Shown here: positions 39,607-51,727 of the stretch, one piece after another | Layout of the letters: every line of letters starts with the position of its first letter | Position numbering within the stretch: position 1 is the stretch's first letter | Source: Ruditapes philippinarum | Lineage: Eukaryota | Length of the DNA stretch: 64,000 bases | NCBI RefSeq assembly: GCF_026571515.1 | Contig: NW_026854897.1 | Span: 124,001-188,000 of the forward strand | Reading direction: 5' to 3' | The notes under the pieces: generated by a model | Databases searched by the model: none | Told to the model about the DNA's origin: nothing | Seen by the model: only the letters and a program-made list of their open reading frames with translations | Position numbers and translations under genes: made by a program

Positions 39607-42600
39607 ATTATTTATTGATTTAACAGGCATCAGAAAAAAAGTTTGTATTTTGCAAGCAATTAAGTATAGATCAAATTGAATGAATCTGGTATAGTATATA
39701 TACAACTTTCATAAGGAAGACAATTCAAAACATACACATGGGCTGTCTATATTAGAATGTCCTGCCAGATTGTATAACGAGTAAGGACCCTATTTATCTT
39801 TACATGATGGCCAGAAACATTGAACATATCTGAATTTACCAGCATTGAAACATCACTTGAATGAGTATGTCACTCATATTTCAAATATAATATTTTATTC
39901 ACCAGGACAAAAGTTCAATATATAATATGTATTTTACAGTGTCAGTTCTGAAGAAGTTAATCAGTATTGTTTTAGAATTGATTTCAATAGATCTTCCATT
40001 CTTTACATGTAGAGTGAATAAGCCTAGTATGGACGGAGATGTAAAAACTCAAATTATTTTGGAATAGACTGCTATTGCAGTTTATTTTCATTATGTACAT
40101 GTACTCGTATTTTTATTGTAAATAAAATATAAAAAAAAAGATTAAGATCTTATATTGTAACTTAATTAAAAGTATCGTAACATTTTACTTTAAAAAATAG
40201 TTGCAAAATACAAGCTGGATTTTGTAATTGTGTCATTAAAATGCAATACATAACATGTATATGTATATTTGGTTGTTTTGTTTCCAAGTCATATACCTAT
40301 AAAGTATAGGCTAAGTGTGTATTAATTTCTCAAGTACCACATATAAAAAACTCGGATTGGAAATATATTGTTGGACACAAAGCCTCAAAGTTTTGGAGTG
40401 ATAGAAAGTCTTATTGATTTATAATCCATATTGCCTTTCAAATGAATAGCTAAAATAAACTACAAAAAACAATGGGAAAATATTATGGACAACAAAATTG
40501 CAGTTTGCCTTAGTTACAACATTTGACATAATTTTATAAGCTTGTGAGCAACTACACACAAAACAAACAAAAAATATTCTTAAATTACAATTTTCCTTTT
40601 CTCTTTTATTGTTTATGATTAGACGAGATCAGTCGACTGCTATATACTTAGACCTATGTATTATGGTGTTTTCTGAGTACAAGTAATAGCTGCCAGCTCA
40701 TTGGCAAACATCGCTTACTTTCAAGTGAGAAAACAGTTAAACGACGATAAAGGCATGTCTGCTAAAAAAAATACATGTATTTTGTTTTTTGGCGCTGAAA
40801 GGATGTTTGTTACCTATTCTCCCCATCAGTGCTGGGCGAAAACGACTGTCGGTGGTATTTGAGGACGAGTCCAGCTCTGGACATGTAGCTATTTCGCATC
40901 TTAATATCTTGAGACCATGTTGAGAGAATGTTAGTTATTATGCATGTAGTCAGAATTGTTTTTGCTGATGAAAGGCATTGTGTTTCTTTTTGAAAACATG
41001 AATTCACTTACATGAATATATATATTTCCCATGTGTATTAGATAGGCCTTATTAATAGATGATCTCGAATTTGGAACCATTCTGCAAAGACTGAAATATA
41101 AAATATGGAAAATAAAATTAGATCTGGAATAAGATTGTACCTTTTATTTTGTTATAAAACGATCGATATCTATTTCAAATTCAAATAAGATTCACAGTTG
41201 ATTTAACTAAATGTCTATGTCACCAGATCAGGGTTAGTTTTAAAAGTTAGCTAGGGAGGCAGCGCTTAAGCTGTTTCATGAAGAGTTGTTTTGGAAATCA
41301 CGAAATCCGTTGCATTGCTAGACAAATCCACTTCTAGATCTATATATGTTAAATAAGACCTCTGTATTGTCAAGTAATCTGCATTCCTTACTTCTAAAAT
41401 AAATAAGAAATTAACCAATACGGTAAAACTGAAAATGTTTCAGGCTTGGTTTGATCTATCTTGTTCATGGGGTGCAAGCTATCGCCCACACCCCCTAGCA
41501 CCGGCTGAAGCTGAACAGCATAATAAGGGAAATGGCGTTATTTTTCAAAAACATCCGCAGCGGCGGTTAAAATAGAACATTCTATATTATTACACGTACG
41601 TGCCATTTCATAAAAAAAAAACAGTGTCTCAAATGAAAATAAATACTTGTTGCCCTAGACGAAAAAACAATTAGAGGAAACTAAAATGGAATTTAAAATA
41701 GAAATTGAGAAAAAACAGAATCCCTAACGAAACCCCATCACGACAAAATTGAAAATGTTGCAGGTTCGGTATTGAGAGCCTGTTCATGGACGGTATCGGT
41801 GATTGCAAGCTACCTACCATGCCCCCTAGCACCGGCTTAAAAGTCCATATCGATCTAGACAAGCCGTTGTAAGACAGAATTAATAGTAAAGCAAGGTGTC
41901 CTAATGGTGATTAGATCTATAGATACAGTGCTGTACCGTATTAAAGTAGAAATACTGGAACCATCAAATAGAATTAAGGTAAAATATCACCAATACATTA
42001 ACAATGTCATGCTGAACGACCATTTAGAATCGAAAATAAAACATCTCTGATTGTCATTTAAAAGGCCTCCACAGTGACACATCACAAAAAAGCTGATGCA
42101 CAAATAGAATACGGCGAAACAGAATCCTAAAGCCTAAACGACAAAATATTTACCACTCTATCCAATATCTGAGCTCTTTTTTTTTTAATTTTCTAGTAGA
42201 TATAGATCTAGATCTAGAGCTGGCAACAATCTAATGGAAAATTAAAAATTACTTACTAAAAAGACCATTAAGATCTACACAAATCTACAGACAAATCTAG
42301 CTGTTGTAAAAAAAATGTAACATGGGCTTTTCACACGGCGCCAATTTGTAATTAGATCTACAAATATACTGCACCAGCACACATTTTTACTTATGACGTA
42401 ATAAATGACGTGATAATTTTATGATGCCAATGTTTTTTGAACTTTTATCAGACTTCTTTGAATATGGCTCAAAAATGAAATACATTCGTTTACAAATAGT
42501 CCATATTCGTTCTGACAGACAGTTTAAATTCCCTACTGCAAAAAAAAGCATTTTATATAAAATGCCATGCCACAAAGCATGCACATTTTTTTTCTTGAAT

Positions 42601-42850
42601 GCCATGCTTAATAAATAATCTGTAATGATATATAGAATGTTAGGAGAGACATTAGAACATTATATGTGCTAAATTGCGAAAGTTTCCTCGTCCAACATTT
42701 TTCAAATCTGAAAATAAAAGATAGATCTACTTTTCCCTCTTAATTTATTGTAATTTTAGTTACGTCAAAGTAATGTTTTTAACGATATGCATCAACACGC
42801 AGACATTCTTTATTCACTGGATCAGCTATGTAGCCTACTCTTATGAGTTT

Positions 42851-43157
42851 AGGTTTTTTCCCCGGCATACGTTATAGTTTGCTCGTGGCCGCGAAGCCTA
42901 CTTTTTGCATAGCAATTAATAATGTAAGTTTGAATATAGAAATCAACTCTAGTTTCAATTTTAAAAGTTTTAGATGTAGATCTAACATGATTGTATACGT
43001 AGACTATCATGTAAAACGGTCATAGAATAGCGCTCATACGGTTTTATTTATAAAAGGAACTTGCGTTTTCCATTAACCCTTTCACTGCCATAGGGACGGC
43101 ATATGCCGTCCCTTTTATTTTCGGCGTATTTGCCATATGGACGGCTTTTGCCGTTTC

Positions 43158-43195
<38 letters not shown>

Positions 43196-46100
43196 TAATA
43201 ATAATTATAATAATAATCATAATAAATATATAGATAATTATACCATCGACACTAATTATTATTATACTAGCAGATTTGGAAACATATATAATTATTATAT
43301 TACTAATAACAAATAATAATAAAAAAAATTATATTAATTAATAATATAGTAATTTCTTAGAAAACCTTCAGGCAAATAGATGATCAATAAATAAATAACC
43401 CTCTGGCAGCGAAAGGGTTAAAGGTGACTGGCCAGAATCTACATGGCAATAAATTATTTACATGACTAATAATGTCCAATGAAAAACGATTTAATTTTAG
43501 AAATCTTCTGTTTATGACGTCACATAGAAACGAGGAGCAAAGTTTCGTTGGCGCCAACGACACGCAGCAGATATGTATACATCATGGAAGGTAATTTAAA
43601 TTATATTTTGTTTAAGTATCTATTGATTTTCTAGAAAAGTGCATAATATTTTACACTGGCAAAAAGATGTATTCATTTAGGCAAATAAACAAAGATTCGA
43701 CGCTTAACTAGTCGTAGAACTAGTGCATTTATTCACTTGCTCTTTTTCCATGATAAGCCTACTCCCTAGATGTATGTATCTTTAATATTTAACTTATTAA
43801 AATTTATCTGACTAATCAGGGAAAACTCCATTAATTGTTAATTGGTCGTTATGACAGAATTTCTACTTCTACTTCTTCCACATCATACTGCTTTAAGATC
43901 GATTACGAGCACTCTAAGCAGGTATACATTGTTTACATTTAAGAGACAGCTATAAGATACAAGGGAATCCGGGAACCAGTCCCTAGCTCTTATTGAATAG
44001 ACCCCTTGGTTCTTTTACATGTCCAGTGTATAGCACTGATACATGCGAGGATTACCTGGATTTCTTACCAGTACACCTCTAGGTAGGTGGGAAAAACTGA
44101 AAGTGTCTCTGAAAAATCCCAAGGATGAAACCCAGGATCGAACCCGGGACCTCAGGTCCCGTGATAATCAATGGTTTAACCAACTGAGCTATCGCACCAC
44201 CACTGACAAAAAGATGTATTCATTCATTGATTTTGGAAAGAGAGAATAAATTCAATATCACTATCATAATAGTTTTGATCTGACAAAATTGCCCTTATAT
44301 AAATAGCCAATACTTGTTTTGTTGTGTTTTTTGTTGTTGTTTTTTTTTGTTGATATAAAAGTGAGTTTTTTATGGTGGTTTTTTTTTGTTTGTTTTTGTT
44401 TTGTTTTTGTTGTTGTTCTTTTTTTTTTTGGGGGGGGGGGGATATAGCATACATTTCAATTGCTTTAAGTTTACTTTGGGTGAATAAAGTACGTACAAAG
44501 TACTTTCCTTTATAAAGACAGAGAGTTATTGTACTTCTTCCCTTTGTCTAAATATTGACGGTCTGGATGTGCACAGCCTTAAATGATCCGATCTTTGCAT
44601 CGAATAATTACGACATGGGTTCAAACCCCGTCTGGGGCAAGTCGTTGTTTCCTTGAGCAAGAAACTTTACACTCATTGCTCAGTACTGGTTCCAGGAACG
44701 GATTGGAAAGTGTGTCTATAAGCTCATAGCTTCCTACACAATCGAACTAAAATAAATCCGGCATATAAACCTTACAGTGGTTATGAACTCGACTTATATG
44801 ATTAAGATATTTTTGATTGCTACAAATAGCACTTCTTCATTTTTCACTTGGAATATGAGTTTTTTTTTTAATTATTTGCTATAGAAGAAAATCTGAGGTT
44901 GATAAAAGCCGATGAATTTTGTTTATTATGATAAAAAGGAGTTGAATCTACATGTATATGGGAAGACATCTGACATAATACAATATTAAAATTTATTAAA
45001 CAATTTTAAAGCTGCTTGCCTCTCCAGATGAGCCAAAATATTTCAAGAAAATCAAACTTGAGAACAAGGTTGTGCGATTAATGACTGATGTAGCAGTATT
45101 TTTCACCATATTTCTACTGCGTGACTAACGCAGGAAGGGCTATTTTTGCACCTTTTGGCCTCTTTTTTGGTATTTTTTCGTGGATTGTAATTAAGTACCC
45201 TTTGCAATGTGTAAATTACTTTCTTAGTTCACTTTACAATGTTTTAATTTTAAAATACATTCTTGAAAAAAATTAAGAAAATTAGCATAAATATTCATGT
45301 AAATTAGCAAGAATATGGTGGAAGCATGCTGCGTTACGTGTTGTTCTCTTGACAAATAATATTTTTTTATCATCCAACAGAGTAAACTACTTCTTTTTGA
45401 AATGCCAGAAAACCAAACAACTCTTACTAGAAATAGCAATGGAGGTACAGGAGAGGATTTCACTGTTGTCGAATCAGGGTCAAGTAAAAAGGTATCCCAG
45501 TTTGTACCGTATTGCTTTTCCTACCCTATACTTTCATTCTTAACTTTATAACTGTACAGTACTATATTATATCAATCACTTGTTTACTTTTCTTTATGAA
45601 ATAATACTACTTTTCTCTTTCAAAAAGATGCACATAGCCAAATTAAGATATCACATATACTTTATGATATGATATTAAGTTTTATTGCTTACTTTTTGAA
45701 AACACTTGTTTTCAAACTTTGATTATTTTTTGTAACACAATTAATTAATAGTTAAATATGGCATTCCAAACTTTCAGACAGATAGAAGGAAAACAGACCG
45801 TAGCGATAAAGAAAGAAAAGTAAGTGAGGATATTTTGTTGACAGCCGAGGATCTTCTGCACGAGATTGATGACGCTATCAAACCTAAGATTAGTAAAGTG
45901 GAGTTCAGACCAAGTACTGTTCAGCTTGGAATTGAAAATGCAATGCACCGACATGACAGAGTTAAAATTACTAATGAGCCAGGAACAATTAAGAATTTAG
46001 GGAACAAAACACGCAAGGATACGTGTGTTAAAGCATTTGATAAATATGGGCTAATTAACATAGACGCAGTAGCAAAATGGGTTACCAGTTCAAATGTTGA

Positions 46101-49100
46101 CATTGATTTGACAACAGCTACACAAAAAACCGATCATCCAGTTACGAAACAACAGAAAGAGAATGATAGCGTTTTAAAAAGTCTGACGTAGCTGTAAATG
46201 AAATACATGTAGATTAAATAATTGACGGTATTTCATCTAAAGATCTTTTGAAAGAAAACAGAAATTCAACATCAAAAATAGAAAATAATCCATCAGTTTT
46301 AAAACATGATCTCAGTTCATCTCATACCACCAGCATTCCGCATATGCCTGCAGAGTCATTTCCAAAAGATTTTAAACCATTGCAGTCAATTCGGTTACCT
46401 CCTATTAATATCGAAGAAGTGAAAGAAAAAGTCCCAAACAATACTGCCACAAATACCATAAGCAGTTCAGTCATATACACTAAACCAAATAATAATTTGA
46501 TCTTAAAAGTCAGTGAAGTTCTAGAGTCTAAGGGAAATGCAAATGTATCTGAATGTCGAAAAGACTTAACATCTAACGGACTTGCAGCGGAGCGTCCACC
46601 GGAACCAGAATATGTACTTCCGGGTCAAGTGTCAGAAAATAGCTTTGGAAAGATCACAAGGGCAGTAAACGTTCGGAACATAGAACTCGACTATAGTGCG
46701 GCATCTGAACAAGAAAAAGATATTAAAGAGAATGACTGTGGATTTGTCAGATTTTTCAAGCGCTTTTGCTGTTGTAGTGTGAAGACAGACGACAATCAGG
46801 ATCACGTAGAAGACCGCATGGACGCTGTTGCGGAGATAAGACGGAGTATTCCAAGAAAAATATGGTCTAGAGTTAAAACATATTTTAGGTTTTAAATTAT
46901 TTATTGATTTAACAGGCATCAGAAAAAAGTTTGTATTTTGCAAGCAATTAAGTATAGATCAAATTGAATGAATCTGGTATAGTATATATACAACTTTCAT
47001 AAGGAAGACAATTCAAAACATACACATGGGCTGTCTATATTAGAATGTCCTGCCAGATTGTATAACGAGTAAGGACCCTATTTATCTTTACATGATGGCC
47101 AGAAACATTGAACATATCTGAATTTACCAGCATTGAAACATCACTTGAATGAGTATGTCACTCATATTTCAAATATAATATTTTATTCACCAGGACAAAA
47201 GTTCAATATATAATATGTATTTTACAGTGTCAGTTCTGAAGAAGTTATCAGTATTGTTTTAGAATGGATTTCAATAGATCTTCCTTTCTACATGTAGAGT
47301 GAATAAGCCTAGTATGAACGGAGATGTAAAAACTCAAATTATTTTGGAATAGACTGCTATTGCAGTTTATTTTCATTATGTACATGTACTCGTATTTTTA
47401 TTGTAAATAAAATATAAAAAAAAAGATTAAGATCTTATATTGTAACTTTTTTACGAGTATCGTAACATTTTATTATCCAAAAATATTTGCAAAATACAAG
47501 CTGGATTTTGTAATTGTGTCCATAACAGGTAGTTATATTTAGTTGTTTTCTTTCCAAGTTATACCTATAAAGTATAGGCTAAGTGGTTATTAATTTCACA
47601 AGTATCACATAACTTGGATTGGAAATATTTTGTTGAACAAAAAACCTCAAAGTTTTGGATTTTGATTTGATTGAATGTGATAGAAAGTCTTATTGATTTA
47701 TAATCCATATTGCCTTACAAATGAATAACTAAAATAAACTACAAAAAATGGAACAATATTGATGATAGCAAAATTGCAGTTTGCCTTAGTTATAACATTT
47801 GACATAATTTTATAAGCAAAAACAAAAAATAATCTTAAATAACAATTTATCCGTTTCTATTTTATTGTCGGTGATTAGACGAGATCTGTCATCAGCCGAC
47901 TGCTATATACTAAGTCCTATGTATTATGGTGTTTTCTGAAGACAAGCAATAGCTGCCAGCTCATTGGCAAACATCGCTTACTTATAAGTTAAGTCTTTCT
48001 TTGAGGAAACAGTCAAATGACGACAAGGTATGTCTGATAAAAAACTTCATGTATTTGGTTTTTGGTGCTCGACAGAGATTTTGTTACACATCCTCTCCAT
48101 TAGTGCTGGGCTAAAACGACGGCATGTGGTATTTGAGGAAAACCGCTGCGGACGAGTCCAGCTCTGCACGTGTAGCTATTTTGCATCTTAATATCTTGAG
48201 GACATGCTGTTACGCATGCAGTCAGAATCGTTTTTGCTGATAAAAGGCATTGTGTTTCTTTTTTGGAAACATTAATTCACTCACACGAATATATATTTCC
48301 CATATATATTAGATAGGCCTTAGTAGAAGATCTACTCCTTCGTTTTGAATTTCGAACCATTCTTCAAAAATAGAATTAGATCTGGAATAAGATTGTACCT
48401 CTTATTTATTTTTATTTTGCTACACAACGATCGATATAGATCTATTTCATATTCAAATAAGATTCAGGGGTATGTATGACTGAAGGTCTATGTCTCTTGT
48501 ACACTCACACCAGATCTATCAACGAAGCAGGGTTAGTCTTTAAAGTTTACGAAATAGGCAGCGCTTAAGCAGCTTCGTCCATAAACGAAGAGTTGTTTTG
48601 GAAATCACAAAATCCGGTGCATTGCCAGACAAATCCACTTATCGATATATATATGTTAAATAAGACCTCTGTATTGTCACGTAGTTCTGAAATAAGAAAG
48701 AAATTAATCCAACACGGTAAAACTGAAAATGTTTCAGGCTTGGTTTGATCGATATTGTTCATAGGGTGCAAGCTATCGCCCACACCCCATAGCACCGGCT
48801 AAATCTGAACAACATTTAAACATGAAAATGGTGTTATTTTTAGAAACATTCGAAGCGGCGGTCTATACTATGACACGTTCGTGTTATTCAATAAAAAGCA
48901 GCGTATTTGCCCAATGAAAATAAATACTTGTACAGTAGACGAGAAAACAATTAGAGGAAACTAAAATGGAATTTAAAAAATAGAAATAGAGAAAAACAAA
49001 ATCCCTAACGAAACCCATCACGACAAAATTGAAAATATCGCAGGCTCGGTATTGAAAGCCTGTTCATGGACGGTATTGGTGATTGCAAGCTACCGATCAC

Positions 49101-51243
49101 GCCCCCTAACACCGACTTAAGCAGAATTCAACAATTTCATATCTAGACAAGTCGTTATAAGGCAAGCAAATTGTCTTAACTGTGATTAGATCTATAGATA
49201 CAGTACTGTTCTGTATTAAAGTAGAAATACTGAAACCGTCAAATAGAATAAGCTATTTTTAATATCACAAACACATGAATAATGTCATGCTGAACGACCT
49301 TTTAAGGATAATATCTGAGCTTTTTATTTTCTAGATATAATTATTGTACTGTAGATCTAGAGCTGGCGAAAACAATTGGAGATCTAATTGAAATTTAAAA
49401 AGTACTTACTAAAAAGGATAAATAAAATCTACTCAAATCTGTGACACATGCTTTTACACGGCGTCCATAGTACATAATACAAATACTGCATTTAGCACAG
49501 CGTAATAAATGACGTGATAATTTTATGTTTAGTTGAAAATCTATGCCAATGTTTTTTTTTATTGAACTTTATTTTTTAATGACACTTCACGGAATATGGC
49601 TCAAAAATAAAATTCATACATTAGTTTATGAATAGTTCATTAAATTATCCTTATGTAGTTGATCATTAGTAAGATATCGTCCGCTTGAAATCAACGTTTG
49701 AAAGAAGATAATCATAGATTACTGAATGAAGTAGAATATTTGCATATATAAGAACATAATTACTACGTTCATTCATGAAATCAGCGGTGAATTGAAGAAC
49801 TATCGTGTATTTCCATAGAAAACGGTGCTTGATCTAAATAAAATATATAATCATACGATTTTAAATCATTACTGCATGAGCATTTTGTGAAAATAGGCGG
49901 TTTTTATTTATTTTTTAAGCCTCCTGTTACAAGTTCAGATTGCTATGAAACTATAAAAGATGCTTCAATATGTTTATCAAACTTGGCACACATGTTGACT
50001 GCACCATAGCCTTTGTAACGGCATGCTTAATCTTGCATTTCCTGTTACCATGACAACGAGGGGGACATCTTATTGCCAAAAAATCACTATTTCAAAGTGC
50101 TGCAACTTCTCAATGGATTGAGATAGAGTCGAAGACTTCAGCGTTGGTTACACGTTACTAGTACCTTCTGATCAACCTGATGCGAATTTTAGCCTCTCAC
50201 AGGTCCAAAATCTTCTTGGCGATCATGAGTGGGGCTGCTGCACCCTTCAAACCCCAAAGCAGAAGGGGACACACCCCCCTCTGGCACCCCTGATGTGTCT
50301 TTCTGATAGGGGGTGGCGCCGAAAAAGTGATCACTTTTTTAAACAACATTTCTCTAACGAAAACAAGTGTTTGGGGCCTAAATAGGACATTTTTTCACTA
50401 TTTGAGACCTTAAAATGTGGGGGGGTGGGGTAGAAAAGTGCGTTGTTTCGCGTGTATATAAGGTAAAGGGTTAGGGGGATGCGAAGCTATTACAGGGTGC
50501 GTATATAGATTTATAGCTCTACATACTTTGTTATTTAACTCAATCATTTCTTTGTTTTCTTTGAATTCCTTAAATTATCAGTTACAAATTATTTATTCTA
50601 ACATATCATTTTAGTGATTAGCCTGTCCGTGCTTTGCCTTGTGCCCTGTCCTGTTTTTGTTTGGGGTCCTCCTGGGATCCTTGCCACTGGTTCTTGTTGC
50701 TGGGTCGTGTGGGGGTTGCTTTCATTGAACGCCGCCTTTCCTTGTTGATCTTGTTTATCATATTTTGACAGTTTTGTACATGGAAAGAGTCACAGCAAGG
50801 ACGAACCTGTATGGATGCAAGGAAAACAAAAATGATAATTATGTTGGAATGAAAAAAAGGCCATTTTATATAAAATGCCATAGTTTTATTAAATGACATA
50901 AATCATGAACATAATAAAGTTTCCCGCAAAACATAATTATCTTGCAATACCACAAACACTTAAACTTGTAACAATTTTCTTAAATGTCGTGTTTTATAAA
51001 ATAATCTTTAATGATATATAGAATGTGGGGGGGGGGGGGCATTAAAACTATATGAATTGTGTTAAATAGCAAAAGTTTCCTTGTCTAACATTTTTCAAAT
51101 CTGAAAATAAAGGATAGATCTACTTTTCCCTCTTAATTTATTGTAATTTTAGTTACGTCAAAGTAATGTTTTAACGATATGCATCAACACGCAGACCTTC
51201 TTTATTCACTGGATCAGCTATGTAGCCTACTCTTATGAGCTTA
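42851..51243 (+). repeat. Tandem segmental repeat, unit 3 (~8.4 kb, right half diverged)
   Basis: Near-identical to units 1-2 up to ~47450, then diverged with ~1.2 kb extra sequence (~49620-50850). Ends CCTACTCTTATGAGCTTA at 51243. Confidence 0.88.
45402..46895 (+). pseudogene. Copy 3 of the orphan gene, truncated to about 167 aa
   Basis: Exons 45402-45491 and 45778 onward. A -1 shift (T4 vs T5 at 46172-46175) gives a stop at 46189-46191. There is also a CAA>TAA nonsense codon at 46215-46217 in the original frame. Confidence 0.65.
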
Positions 51244-51727
51244 TTCATCGATGCATGATGTCTTTTCAATTGGTAAAGTATCTAGCTTTTTGCTAAATTT
51301 GATTTTTATATGTGAGTCTGACTAAGTAAACAGTTTTACATGTAATTACTATTCACAAAATTTCTTTTAAACAACCCTTTTTTAAACTTGTGTGTTCTAA
51401 TTTCAAATGTACTTTTTCATTATCGCTTTACAGCGACTTAAGTGTTTTTTTATTTTGTTTAAACTTGGTCTTATCATGTACTTTATGTGTGTGTTTCACA
51501 TAATGTTACGTTGACACACACTAGGTCACTGAACTAGCGGCGCGTCACCTCCGCTCAAATTGCGAACAAGAAATCGGTGCTACCCGGCCACTCTGTAACA
51601 AACACTTGGACTTATCTTAATTTTTAAATATTGAGTAAGTGTTGCATAAACATAATTTGGAGATTGATTTTTACATTTTATTAATTGGACTAACATTTTA
51701 TTGTTATAAATTTGAGGACGTTTAAAG

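Larger units (their letters stand above)
35560..42850 (+). repeat. Tandem segmental repeat, unit 2 (7291 bp)
   Basis: Junctions GAGCTT-A-GGTTTTTTCCCC at 35560 and GAGTTT-A-GG at 42851. ORFs recur with a period of 7281-7291 bp. Confidence 0.92.

Noticed and set aside
49030-49075. SECIS element or self-cleaving ribozyme in the structured core
   Set aside because: An AUGA..AA..GA pattern occurs in one copy only and helix II is too short. No hammerhead core (CUGANGA/GAAA) is present, and I could not build a twister or HDV pseudoknot.
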